From the NCBI GenBank assembly GCA_964437555.1, contig CAYTHI010000002.1, positions 7,653-71,652 of the forward strand: 64,000 nt of DNA, given 5' to 3'. Shown here one piece after another: positions 1-9,847 of this stretch. This DNA is from Candidatus Woesearchaeota archaeon. Lineage in GTDB: Archaea > Nanobdellota > Nanobdellia > Pacearchaeales > GW2011-AR1. The first letter of the stretch is position 1. Each line of letters starts with the position of its first letter. The notes beneath the pieces are model-generated. The model made no database searches. It saw nothing but the letters and a program-made list of their open reading frames with translations, and was not told the origin of the DNA. Made by a program: the position numbers and the translations under genes.

Positions 1-224
1 AGTGTTTATGATAAAATCAGAGAAATTGAATCTCAAAGAGAAGCTTATCAATCCGTCGGATTTTTAGGCGCAGAATGGATGATAAACAAATCATTAGAAA
101 TGCATCTTGCTATTCAAAGATTATCTGAAAAAAATCAGGAAATAGATGCCAATAACAGCACCTTACAGCAAAAATACAGAGAAATTGAGCAGTCTCTTGA
201 TAATAGAATACTAGATAATTAAAG
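1..224 (+). CDS. 3' fragment of a hypothetical protein, truncated at the window start; its C-terminal tail (QQKYREIEQSLDNRI) is paralogous to the tail downstream of the 1983..2384 lipoprotein
   Basis: Open frame from position 1 to the TAA at 222-224; shares the GFLxxxWxxxxSL...EKxxEID...KYxEIExSxDxRI pattern with the 1983-2458 region. Confidence 0.5.
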
Positions 225-237
225 CAAAGTTAAAAGA

Positions 238-1137
238 TTAATCAACTTTTATATCGCCTTCCGGCACGCAGGTTACGCAGGCATTTAGTTCAACCCACAT
301 ATGATAATCTCTCCCTGCGCTTCCTCCAGTTTTTCCTCGTCCAGGCAGGCAATTTATATCAACATCAACAGAAACCGTTACCGTACATTCATTTCCCGAG
401 CGCTGAAAATCGCCTATTATCGGATGTGAAATGCTTACGCTTGACGCGCAATCCTCTCCACAGGTATTATCCATAAGGTTTCTAATAAGACGAAGCACTT
501 CATTAAATGCGTCACTCGTTGCATATTCGCACGCTAAATTTCCTGTTCCAAATAATCCTGATGAAGTTTTAGTCGCACTAACTGTCTGGCTCGCACTTCC
601 TCCAGAACAAGAAGGATTTTCTCTCGTATTTACAGGCTCCATAAAGATGCTAACATCGCCACTAACTACTTTATTACATCCGTTCTGGCAGTCAATACTA
701 TCAATCCACTCTCGCGCATCTTCAATAAGTTGTTCAATTTGACGATTTATCTGCTGATCTTCAAAAAGCTTTTTCCACCATAAAGGATCCCTGTTTAAAG
801 GGTCTCTTTTTATTATTTTCTCTGTGACAAATGTTCTGCACATAGTAGCCCCGCAAGCCAAAGTTATTGAATCTCCGCCAGCTCCGCTTTCCCCAGTCTC
901 TACAATTCCCGAATCTTTGCCTAATCCTTGCTCAATTTTTTCTTCAACTTTAAGTATAAACCAAGGAAGCCCGTAAGCATTGGCTTCTTCTACCTGCTGA
1001 AGCTGTGAAGATGCAGAAGGGCTTAATTCAGCTTGCGTTTCAAAGTGCCCTTTAAAATAAAAAATAGCTAAAAGAGCAATAACCAAAGTAATAGCTAAAA
1101 TCAGAAACAATCTATTTCTATGCGCCTCTTTAGCCAT
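238..1137 (-). CDS. Membrane-anchored, Cys-rich secreted protein (hypothetical)
   Basis: 299-aa ORF with an N-terminal hydrophobic signal-anchor (LFLILAITLVIALLAIFYF) and many Cys residues; no recognisable family. Confidence 0.55.
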   Translation of the reverse strand: MAKEAHRNRLFLILAITLVIALLAIFYFKGHFETQAELSPSASSQLQQVEEANAYGLPWFILKVEEKIEQGLGKDSGIVETGESGAGGDSITLACGATMCRTFVTEKIIKRDPLNRDPLWWKKLFEDQQINRQIEQLIEDAREWIDSIDCQNGCNKVVSGDVSIFMEPVNTRENPSCSGGSASQTVSATKTSSGLFGTGNLACEYATSDAFNEVLRLIRNLMDNTCGEDCASSVSISHPIIGDFQRSGNECTVTVSVDVDINCLPGRGKTGGSAGRDYHMWVELNACVTCVPEGDIKVD

Positions 1138-1267
1138 AAAAATAAAGAAGTTTCATAAGATTATAAAGCTACTGAAAGCAAAACTTATCATCAATAATTA
1201 CCTCTGCGTGAGAAAAAGCTTCGGGAAATTCACAGGTCTGACTATGAACTCTGTTAAAGAAATCTAT

Positions 1268-1882
1268 CTAAATTCTGAATGAAAGTCTTGGAAAAGCGGG
1301 AACAACTCTGAATCTCTGATTGTCTATTCTGACATCACCATTGTCGCTATTATAAATATAATAATCATTTCTTGTAAATCTTACTTCATTCAAATCAAAA
1401 TTAGTCCATCCGCTAAATCCAGGAGTTATTGTAAATTCATAATAGCCTAAAAATCCATCTCCATTGACAACTCCGTATTGGTTTCCATGTAAAATTGTGT
1501 CAACTCCTCTAACATTATCGGTTAATTCCCCGCTTCCATCAGGAGTTGAGTCAACTCTGTTCCAGCCTGAAAGCATGTCATATCCATAGAAATAATCTTC
1601 AGTATCAGTTGGAGCAGGAATATAAGCAGTTACAATATTAAAATTAGCCCATGACTGCCCGCCTGCAAGAACAACATCCCACTCAACACCTTGAATTATA
1701 TCTGTAGGATGCTCTGTTGAGTCAGCATAAACATTCATCCTATAAACTCTTCCGTCAGAAACTAAAATAGTTCTTCCGCCTTCTATCTCTGTTCTGATTT
1801 CCATCTGCGCGTTCACAAATGAAGCAAATGCAATAGCTAAAACTAATCCTATTCCTAAAGTAAATAATGCCCTATTTTTCAT
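1268..1882 (-). CDS. Secreted hypothetical protein with signal peptide
   Basis: 204-aa ORF; N-terminus MKNRALFTLGIGLVLAIAFASFVNAQ looks like a signal peptide; Gly/Asp/Asn-rich body. Confidence 0.55.
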   Translation of the reverse strand: MKNRALFTLGIGLVLAIAFASFVNAQMEIRTEIEGGRTILVSDGRVYRMNVYADSTEHPTDIIQGVEWDVVLAGGQSWANFNIVTAYIPAPTDTEDYFYGYDMLSGWNRVDSTPDGSGELTDNVRGVDTILHGNQYGVVNGDGFLGYYEFTITPGFSGWTNFDLNEVRFTRNDYYIYNSDNGDVRIDNQRFRVVPAFPRLSFRI

Positions 1883-1982
1883 ACTTTTCTTAGAAGTTCA
1901 AACTATTTAAATCTTTCGTTTTGTTATCACTTCTTAAAAGTAAAAGCAATAATTTAAATACATAATATTAGAAAAAATCATT

Positions 1983-2384
1983 ATGAAAAAACACAATAGA
2001 TTAAAAAGAATGTTAGCAGGTCTAGCTGTCTCATCTTTGACGTTACTTGCCTCATGTGCAGACCAAACACCTCAATCAGTCAGAAATTTTTCATCTATCT
2101 ATGAAGGAAGAGAAGATAATGAATTTCAAAGGGAAATTTATAATGCATCAAGAAACAATCTGCCTTTGGCAGATTCAACAATATCGGGATTTTTCGCATG
2201 CGCTGAAGAAGGTGCAAGAGCTTATGCAACTGCACAAAAGCAGGCATATGATGCAATAATAGAAATTGAATCAAAAAGAAAAAACTACCATGCTGCCGGG
2301 TTTCTTGCAATCCAATGGGCATTTGATGAGTCTTTAAAAGTATCTGGCCTTATAAGCTGTTTGGAAAAAAGCATAGGGAAATAG
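1983..2384 (+). CDS. Lipoprotein (lipobox LLASC); apparently frameshifted near its 3' end, with a conserved tail continuing in another frame to ~2458
   Basis: Signal peptide plus Cys at MLAGLAVSSLTLLASC; the stop at 2382-2384 follows an A6 run; the paralog-conserved tail EIDPDNISLPEKYDEIEESIDDRIYR reads in the +2 frame through 2458. Confidence 0.55.
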   Translation: MKKHNRLKRMLAGLAVSSLTLLASCADQTPQSVRNFSSIYEGREDNEFQREIYNASRNNLPLADSTISGFFACAEEGARAYATAQKQAYDAIIEIESKRKNYHAAGFLAIQWAFDESLKVSGLISCLEKSIGK

Positions 2385-2566
2385 ACCCTGATAATATTTC
2401 CCTGCCTGAAAAATACGATGAAATTGAAGAATCAATAGACGATAGGATATACAGATAGAGAATTAATCACTCCTATATTGCCTTGCGAAATACAGCCCAC
2501 ACATACTTCTGTTTAAACCCAAATGCTATAATCTTTTCCACCCCTTCCCTGCCCTGCCAAACAATT

Positions 2567-5500
2567 TTATCTGTCTTCATATTCAAAGCCTATATTAGCC
2601 AAATCAACAACATCCATTTCATCGTCACAATTAATATCATATGAAGCGTTATATCCTTCTTGCCCAAGAGCCTTATTATAATTATTAGTAATAGATAAAA
2701 CATCCGCCAAGGTAATCTGCCCATCCCCCGTAACATCAGCATCAACAGGGCAATTCAAATTCTTATTAACAATCGTTGCCCCCGCAGTCCCGCTTGAAGC
2801 TCCAGAACCGCCAGCTAAATTAGTTGAGCTAAAGCTTCTTATGAATCCGTGCGCATTCATCTGGAATATCCCCCCATTTCCTCCTGCTCCGGCAGCACCT
2901 TCAGTTAAAGCTCCTGCTCCTCCTACTCCATCTATAACTCCATTAGTCCTGTTGAACAAATTAGAAACAGTTGCATTAACAATTCCTCCATTCCCGCCCT
3001 GTGCTCCGGCTTTGCCTCTGAATACTATCTGATTCCCTGGCAAGAAAGTTACATTCTGTGAAACATTCAAAACAAGATTTCTTCCATTTCCTGATGAATC
3101 AAATAATGTGTATAACGACGCGTTTAACTTTAGATTTGTAAAGTCGCAAATATTATTAGTGCATAATTCAGAATATAGTAAGCATGAGCTTGTAACATTG
3201 CAATCACTTCCCTCTGCACATTGAGGAAGAGCAAGGCACTGCCCTAAGTCAGCTATGTAATAGCTAGTAAACGAAGTTACATTGAATAATACTGTCGCGG
3301 CATTCAACGAAGTGTAGTTATAGCAGTCAAAGCAAATGCTGCTGTCCCTGAATATGTATGGCTCTGTAAAGTTTGCAGGCATATTGTAGAAAGTTATGTT
3401 GGCGCTTCTGTTCAAGCCAATATTATTCGTAGATTCAACAACAGCCAGATTATTTGACAATCTTATGTCATTGCTTAAATTAGTTCCGGAGCCATTTACA
3501 TCTCTTAAGAAATAAATTTCTCCCTGTGTGGTTTCAACATATCTTAATATTCCTCCTGTTCCCGAGAAAGTATAATTTGCAAAATAACTATCAATCACAT
3601 TTGTCCTATTCGCGCCTGCAAAATCAATGTCATAATAAGAAGAATTTGTATTTCTAACTGTCATATTTTGCAAAATATGATTATTTCCTGACAAAGTTAT
3701 AGGAGTATCCACTGAATCAATAAATGTCAGATTATCAAATCTGCTATTATTTCCATCAGAGGAAATTTCAACAGCTCCTACAGCATTAATGAAAATGCTC
3801 TTGCTTACGTTATAATTATTTCCTGACATAAACAGCGCGTTAACAGTCATATTATTAAATTCGCTTGCTGAAACTTCGTGATTATCTCCTCCAAGAACAA
3901 GCCCGTAATTAGCATTGTAATGCGAGTTATTTGTAAAGGAATTATTCCCATCTGCTGTTCCAACTGCATTAACTCCCCTGTCTGAAGTTGTAAAGTTATT
4001 ATTTGAGAAATTAGAATTATAAACTCCCTGCAATGAAACTCCGACATTGCCGCTGAACTTTGAATTCAGAACCTTGGAATTATTTGAGTTCAATAGCTTT
4101 ATTCCGACATTGCTTGAAAGCCCCGTGCTTCTTATTAAATTAACATTATTTACGACAGTTCCGTATTGGTCAGAATAAATTAAATCAACTGAAGTAATGG
4201 TATTGCCTATACTAAATCCATTTCCGTTAAAGGTTACATTTTGTGCTGTAATATTTATACATGCTTCTAATCCGGCAGGAACAAAGCTTGAGCCTTGCAC
4301 ATAAGTCTTGCCAGCAACATTTAATTCTTTGCATCCTGTAATCAATGAGCTATTAGTGATAGTAAATCTAACACTTGCTGTGTAATTATTATTTCCTGAA
4401 GTGTCATTAGCGAAAACCCTGAAGTTATATCCTCCCAAAGCAATTGAAGAATTTGTTGCATTATGCTCCCTGTTATCCATACTGCTCATGGTTAAATTGT
4501 TAATTCCGTCATCAAGAGAATACTGAACAAGGCTTCCATTTTCATTCAAAGAAACATTAAATATGAAAGGAAGGTCATCGTCATCATAAGTTGTATTTGC
4601 AGGGAAATTAATGGTTACGCTTGGAGCAGTCTGGTCTGCAAGAACATAAGTAACATTGAAGAATAAAGCATCTGTTGTTAAAACCTGCCCTCCTGCTGCA
4701 ATTCCGGTTCTTGTAATTTCATCTCTTGCCATTGCTCTTGTTCCGGAGCTTCCAAAGAAATTACTGCAAGTCCATGTTTCCAATGAAGTAACATTTGTGC
4801 AAGTCAACCCAGGATTTGCTGATGTTCCAGGACATGTTGTTGTTACATTGCTGTAACTTCCTCCTCCGTCAGCATCAACTGCAATTAAACAGCTTGCAGG
4901 ATTGCTCCCAACAATCCACCATTCATAACATAAAAATACATCTCCTGTGGTTGCGCAGTTTGTCACAGAGCTGTTGTAAGAACTGATATTTACTCCTCCG
5001 TATTGAGCCGTATTGAATGTCTGGGTTTCAGAGCTTCCGTCATCACAGCTTAGAAAATCAGTAATTTCTTCTCCGCCGCAATTTCCAGGATAAATTCCGT
5101 CGCATGCACTTGCATAAGAATTCTGAGCTCCTAAATTTTCAGCACTGCACGCTTGAGCTCTTAATGTCGCAACTGTAGACGGCTCAAAGTCAGGGTCAAT
5201 GATATGGTCAAACTCAACGTCTCCATTTAAAACCCTTAAGTCAAATGTGTCCTGCTCTCCTTTCAAGCCAGTCAAATAAACTTTGTTATATTCTTCTGGA
5301 ATTAAATTATCAAATACCGCAATAACTTCGCTTCCGTTAAATGTATAAACTTCTATTCCAGGATTACCGGAAACAATCCTTGGATAAAGAGTTATATCAT
5401 TTTCCGATGTCAGATTTCTCTCAAAAGTCACTCTTACGTAATCCTCTGAAGGAATAGCTTCGCTCCATACTCCGTCTAATGCTTTTACTTCATCATATAT

Positions 5501-7390
5501 ATCAGAAATGAATTCTTTGTCAGCATCCAAATGCTCTGCTTTGATAATTTCTATAATGAATGTCTGGTTGCTCAAACTAGGAGTAATCCATTCTACATAA
5601 TCGTAAACTCCATTTGAATTTATATCTGAAACTAAAGTCGGCTGAACATAAGCGTCCTTTTCCTTCCAAAAGATTTTCAGAGCATTAGGACTTTTAACTT
5701 CGAAACTTTCAGGAATATTTGTGAAAGACAAAACATCTGTATAATGAACACTATCAGGCCCAATAATCACAACCTCTTTTTTATCTTCCAATACACTTTC
5801 AATAGCATAAGGAGCAGGCGTTTCATACTCAATAGTCACTTCCTGAACTACATCTTGCCCTGTGCTGTCAACAACTTCCACAACATTGCCATCCACAGCT
5901 TTTTCAGATACACTAATCCCGCGTTCATCAGAAATAACAAGCCCGGTCTGACTGCCAAAAAGATTCTTTATCCAGTAAACAACAGAAATTAGGAAGTTGC
6001 CTTCCTTTTCCAGCTTAAGCTTTGCAACAACCTCGCCGGTTATTGCTGAAGATTCATCTGATGTAGTTTCTGCTGAAGCAGATTCCGGACTATTTGAAAC
6101 TGTTCCTGATGAGCCTTGCCCGCTGGATAAACTCTCTTCTACAATCTCTATAATATCTTCAACATCTTCTCCCCTGCTCGAATCAACATTAATCCGCTCC
6201 GCAATATCTCCTGACTTGCTCCTGTCAACCCTGACTATCCCGACAACCTCAACATTTTCTGCATATTCAGGAAGAGTAACAGTAACTTTTTTGGCCTCCT
6301 TTTCTGTTAAATCAATTTTTTGCACCCATTTCACAGGCTTTCCTAAAACGGCGCCGGTCTGCATTTTATCAACAACTATGTTCGCGGTTGCATTTTCTTC
6401 AGCAATGCCGCTGGCATTTTCTCCGGCTATCTCATTAGCTACTACTGAAACTCTCTTTTCCGTTTTGGCTAAAATTTTTCCATTATAAAATAAAGTTATT
6501 GAAATTAATTTGACGCTCTTTTCCGCAATTAACTCAAATTTGGATAATTCTATTTCTGCAATAAGCTTTTCAGAATCAGCCAGGAAATCCTCGCCAAACC
6601 CCTCAACTTTCTCAGAATAATCCGTTGAAACAATTAATTCTCCTCGTCTTACTCTGACATCAACTGAAGAGTCATCTATCACAAAACCACTGGCTTTTAC
6701 GCTTCCGGGCACAATCTCGGCATCCTGATTGCTTTCAATAGAATAAACAAAATTATTATCTTTGCTTGCCTTTCCTGAAATAATAAAAAAAGTTTCATAA
6801 ACTGTTCCTCCCGTAATTGGAGGCTTTTTTCCGCTGTCTCCGCCACCGCTATCCAAATCTGAAGGGGCTGCTGTATCCGAACCGCTTTCATCGCCTCTTC
6901 CGGCTTGATCTGCAGAACTCACGCTTGGAGAACCTCCCCCGCCTCTTCCGGAAGTTGATCCTATCTTTTGAGAAATGCGAATTTCAAATTCAACTTCAGG
7001 ATAAATTATCTTCTCTCCTAAAACACCATATCCCTTTCCGAAACCCACAATGTCTGTGCCTTCAGCATAAAACTCTCCAGAAACATGAGCTAAAGAAACA
7101 AGGCTGGAAAGAGAAAATTCTTTTGTTTTATCATCAATCTGAACAACAACTAACGAATCCTTTGGAACAAGCTCCCCTCCAAAAAGAGAAAGTTCCAAAA
7201 CTCCTCCGATTGGCTCCCCGACTTCATAAATAGCGCCCATTGTGTCAAGAGAAATTTTTCCAGTAGCTTTAGAAAATATTGAAGAATCTATAAACGAAAA
7301 AAATAAGGCTAATACAGCAGCAACAAGAAAAAAGTAAAGAACATACTTTCCTGCCCTTCCCGACTTATCAAAATTCATTTCATCCATCAC
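2567..7390 (-). CDS. Giant (1607 aa) cell-surface protein: N-terminal TM anchor, Ser/Gly/Asp-rich linkers, Asn-rich parallel beta-helix-like repeats, C-terminal dockerin-like Ca-binding repeats
   Basis: Single 4.8-kb ORF; N-terminal hydrophobic helix (YVLYFFLVAAVLALFFSF); long stretches of NxS/T-rich short repeats (GNNHILQNMTVRNTNSS...) typical of pectin-lyase-fold beta helices and of N-glycosylated archaeal surface proteins; C-terminal DVTGDGQITLADVLSI and DINCDDEMDVVDLANIG resemble dockerin/EF-hand-like repeats. Confidence 0.7.
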   Translation of the reverse strand: MMDEMNFDKSGRAGKYVLYFFLVAAVLALFFSFIDSSIFSKATGKISLDTMGAIYEVGEPIGGVLELSLFGGELVPKDSLVVVQIDDKTKEFSLSSLVSLAHVSGEFYAEGTDIVGFGKGYGVLGEKIIYPEVEFEIRISQKIGSTSGRGGGGSPSVSSADQAGRGDESGSDTAAPSDLDSGGGDSGKKPPITGGTVYETFFIISGKASKDNNFVYSIESNQDAEIVPGSVKASGFVIDDSSVDVRVRRGELIVSTDYSEKVEGFGEDFLADSEKLIAEIELSKFELIAEKSVKLISITLFYNGKILAKTEKRVSVVANEIAGENASGIAEENATANIVVDKMQTGAVLGKPVKWVQKIDLTEKEAKKVTVTLPEYAENVEVVGIVRVDRSKSGDIAERINVDSSRGEDVEDIIEIVEESLSSGQGSSGTVSNSPESASAETTSDESSAITGEVVAKLKLEKEGNFLISVVYWIKNLFGSQTGLVISDERGISVSEKAVDGNVVEVVDSTGQDVVQEVTIEYETPAPYAIESVLEDKKEVVIIGPDSVHYTDVLSFTNIPESFEVKSPNALKIFWKEKDAYVQPTLVSDINSNGVYDYVEWITPSLSNQTFIIEIIKAEHLDADKEFISDIYDEVKALDGVWSEAIPSEDYVRVTFERNLTSENDITLYPRIVSGNPGIEVYTFNGSEVIAVFDNLIPEEYNKVYLTGLKGEQDTFDLRVLNGDVEFDHIIDPDFEPSTVATLRAQACSAENLGAQNSYASACDGIYPGNCGGEEITDFLSCDDGSSETQTFNTAQYGGVNISSYNSSVTNCATTGDVFLCYEWWIVGSNPASCLIAVDADGGGSYSNVTTTCPGTSANPGLTCTNVTSLETWTCSNFFGSSGTRAMARDEITRTGIAAGGQVLTTDALFFNVTYVLADQTAPSVTINFPANTTYDDDDLPFIFNVSLNENGSLVQYSLDDGINNLTMSSMDNREHNATNSSIALGGYNFRVFANDTSGNNNYTASVRFTITNSSLITGCKELNVAGKTYVQGSSFVPAGLEACINITAQNVTFNGNGFSIGNTITSVDLIYSDQYGTVVNNVNLIRSTGLSSNVGIKLLNSNNSKVLNSKFSGNVGVSLQGVYNSNFSNNNFTTSDRGVNAVGTADGNNSFTNNSHYNANYGLVLGGDNHEVSASEFNNMTVNALFMSGNNYNVSKSIFINAVGAVEISSDGNNSRFDNLTFIDSVDTPITLSGNNHILQNMTVRNTNSSYYDIDFAGANRTNVIDSYFANYTFSGTGGILRYVETTQGEIYFLRDVNGSGTNLSNDIRLSNNLAVVESTNNIGLNRSANITFYNMPANFTEPYIFRDSSICFDCYNYTSLNAATVLFNVTSFTSYYIADLGQCLALPQCAEGSDCNVTSSCLLYSELCTNNICDFTNLKLNASLYTLFDSSGNGRNLVLNVSQNVTFLPGNQIVFRGKAGAQGGNGGIVNATVSNLFNRTNGVIDGVGGAGALTEGAAGAGGNGGIFQMNAHGFIRSFSSTNLAGGSGASSGTAGATIVNKNLNCPVDADVTGDGQITLADVLSITNNYNKALGQEGYNASYDINCDDEMDVVDLANIGFEYEDR

Positions 7391-7474
7391 CTATTTCTCC
7401 TTTAAAAAACACCTCACTTAGAATATAAATTTTGGTTTATATACTTTTATACGATGAAAATTTAATAGGAAGTG

Positions 7475-8362
7475 CTAATCAGTCGTTATAATCTTCTTAT
7501 CATCAAAAATCAAAACGCTATGCTCAGCCTGCGCAACTTTCTTGCCTCTGGCTTCAACTAATTGATGCTCTTGTTTTAAAAGACCTGCCTGCTCAATTTG
7601 CCTTAAAGCTAACAGCCCTCGTGAGCCAAATTTCTTATGAATCCAGCGGGAGCAAAAAGGCAGCTCATTATACTCTTCTATTATAAAATTCAAAACTTCT
7701 CTGGCAAAATTATCCCTGGCATTTCCTGCTCCAATAAGCCAAAATATTCCAGAGGGCTTTCCGTCCTTAACTTTGCCTAATCCGTTTGTTGAAAATGGCT
7801 CAATTGCATAAAGCCCTTCTTTTAAAAAACTCTCATCAGCATTATCAACATTTGGTATTGTCAGCCCGGCATGCAAATCATACCTCTTTATTCCATGCCC
7901 TGTCAGATTCACAACAGGAGAAAAACCTTTTTTTTCTATTTCTTCTCCAATAATCTTTCCTATTTCCCTAAGCTTGACTCCTTCCTTAATAAAATTCAAT
8001 GCCTTATTCAAAGAACTTTCGGCAGCCTCAATTAATTCTTTATTTTCCGAGTTATTTTCCAAATCCAAACTGAAAGCAGTGTCTGCGACAAATCCATCAA
8101 CATGAACTCCCACGTCAACTTTTAGCAAGCCATGGGCAACATCTTCTGAATCCCATGCCGGTGTAGAGTGAGCAGCAATTTCATCGATGCTTAAATTCAC
8201 AGGAAACGCCGGCTTTCCTCCAAGCTCAAAAATTTTTGCATCCAATTTCTCAACAATCTCAAGCAATTTCATTCCCGGCTTAATAATGCTTTTTGCATAA
8301 TCCATCACTTCCTTGGCAATCTTGCCCGCCTTCTTTATCTTTTCAATTTCATCTTGTTTCAT
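7475..8362 (-). CDS. map: Methionine aminopeptidase, type 2 (archaeal)
   Basis: 295 aa; arrangement typical of archaeal MAP2 with its inserted domain; motifs such as AFPVNLSIDEIAAHSTP and HVDGFVADTAFS (metal-binding pita-bread fold). Confidence 0.8.
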   Translation of the reverse strand: MKQDEIEKIKKAGKIAKEVMDYAKSIIKPGMKLLEIVEKLDAKIFELGGKPAFPVNLSIDEIAAHSTPAWDSEDVAHGLLKVDVGVHVDGFVADTAFSLDLENNSENKELIEAAESSLNKALNFIKEGVKLREIGKIIGEEIEKKGFSPVVNLTGHGIKRYDLHAGLTIPNVDNADESFLKEGLYAIEPFSTNGLGKVKDGKPSGIFWLIGAGNARDNFAREVLNFIIEEYNELPFCSRWIHKKFGSRGLLALRQIEQAGLLKQEHQLVEARGKKVAQAEHSVLIFDDKKIITTD

Positions 8363-8469
8363 TTTTTTGAAATATCATTACGCTTTTTATATGTTCCATC
8401 TTATCAAAAAGCAACTATGTAGTAATAACAAATACAAACATTTAAATACATATATTATTCAAACATTTT

Positions 8470-8757
8470 ATGACAAATGAATATGCAGAATATGAAGGAA
8501 TTGGCGATGTTCCTTACGAGAGAAATGAACATACAGGTAATCCAATACTAGACAGAAAAATTGCAAGAGCTGTATCAGACTCTGCGTATAAAGAAAGTCA
8601 GCAAGAGTATACAGGTCCAAATCCAATAGGAACTTTAATACCCGACAGAATTTCAAGCGAAAGAATGGCTGCTCTTAAGAACAGAATTGTTATCCAAATA
8701 CCAAAAAGTCTAAGAGGCAATGGCCGGACTTCTGGATACGATACAGATTCAGCTTAA
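8470..8757 (+). CDS. Small hypothetical protein
   Basis: 95-aa ORF preceded by an AT-rich intergenic region; no family recognised; a competing minus-strand ORF overlaps. Confidence 0.3.
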   Translation: MTNEYAEYEGIGDVPYERNEHTGNPILDRKIARAVSDSAYKESQQEYTGPNPIGTLIPDRISSERMAALKNRIVIQIPKSLRGNGRTSGYDTDSA

Positions 8758-9215
8758 TTCTTCCTAATTCTCCTTTCTTTCGGAACAAAATTAATTAAAA
8801 CTTTCCCGTTCCATTTTCCACAGCCTAAAAAGTCATTATTATTCTTAACAATGTACATTCCCTGCTCTTCATTATGCTCAATCTCAAGATTCTCTCCTCT
8901 AATCCATTTATCCAGCTCTTTTTCGCTGATTTCAATAATACTCTTCCCTATTTGTTTCCCTAAAATATGAATTCCGTCTAAGCTCAATCTTAAAGCCCCA
9001 TTTTCTTCCTTAAACAAATAAGCTCCGATAATCTCAATTCTTGCAAGCTCTCCGAGTAATTTAATTTCATCTCTTGTCATGGTTCCTGAAAATCCGCGAA
9101 TCTTTTCTTTTCCTGTTTCAATTAACAAATAAGGCAATTCATTTATTCCAAATTCGTCATTCAACTTTTCCAGAATTCGTTTCTTCTCTTTGCTGTTAAT
9201 GAATTCAATATTCAT
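8754..9215 (-). CDS. Hypothetical protein, possibly RNA-binding (NIP7/pre-PUA-like)
   Basis: 153-aa ORF; weak resemblance of the C-terminal G-x-G...RR segment to archaeal NIP7-like proteins; tentative. Confidence 0.4.
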   Translation of the reverse strand: MNIEFINSKEKKRILEKLNDEFGINELPYLLIETGKEKIRGFSGTMTRDEIKLLGELARIEIIGAYLFKEENGALRLSLDGIHILGKQIGKSIIEISEKELDKWIRGENLEIEHNEEQGMYIVKNNNDFLGCGKWNGKVLINFVPKERRIRKN

Positions 9216-9844
9216 GCTGAAATCCCGAGCTTCTTTAGCTCCCTGAAAGCCTGCTTATTGCTCTTAAACAAAATGCTTTTTATTCCTGATTTTTTAGCGG
9301 CTTTAGTATTCCATTTCCTATTATCAATAAATACCGTCTCGTGTGCCTTTAATTTTAATTTTTTCAAAGTATATTTGTATATTTTAGGATTTGGCTTTCT
9401 CATCCCAACATCGCATGAGACAACAACAGCATCAAATTTTTTCGCATCTTTTTTATCAATAAACACATTCTTAGACAAATGCCATTGGTCAGACAAGATT
9501 GCAATTTTATATCCTTTTTTTCTTAGATTGAATGCAAAGTCATAAAGCTCATCATTCCTTCTATAAAGTTTCCTATAACTTTCAATAATTTTCTTCTCTA
9601 ATTTCCCCGCATAAATATTAAGATTGCCAGAAATGATTTTCAGAATTTTTATCTTAGAAATCTTGCCTTCCATTGAATACGCATAAGCAGAATCAATAGC
9701 ATCAAGCCACGTGTCGAGCTCCAGGTCAAGGACTTTTGCCATCTCCTCATGAAAGCCCATTGCAAACCTACTGCCTTTTCTTAATTCAACTCCTAAAGCC
9801 AGCACGCCATTCACATCGAAAATTACCGCTTTTATTTCTTTCAT
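9212..9844 (-). CDS. HAD-superfamily hydrolase
   Basis: N-terminal motif I-like AVIFDVNGVL, central ILSDQ, C-terminal K...PNP...FIDN motifs characteristic of haloacid dehalogenase-like hydrolases. Confidence 0.6.
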   Translation of the reverse strand: MKEIKAVIFDVNGVLALGVELRKGSRFAMGFHEEMAKVLDLELDTWLDAIDSAYAYSMEGKISKIKILKIISGNLNIYAGKLEKKIIESYRKLYRRNDELYDFAFNLRKKGYKIAILSDQWHLSKNVFIDKKDAKKFDAVVVSCDVGMRKPNPKIYKYTLKKLKLKAHETVFIDNRKWNTKAAKKSGIKSILFKSNKQAFRELKKLGISA

Positions 9845-9847
9845 TTT

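Noticed and set aside
431-742. 103-aa plus-strand ORF antisense to the 238..1137 gene
   Set aside because: It lies fully inside a longer, better-supported minus-strand ORF with signal-anchor features, and its composition is not protein-like. Treated as a shadow ORF.
5997-6488. 163-aa plus-strand ORF (and several others of 60-140 aa) inside the giant surface protein gene
   Set aside because: These are antisense shadow ORFs produced by the low-complexity repeats of the 4.8-kb gene. There are no start context or family signals.
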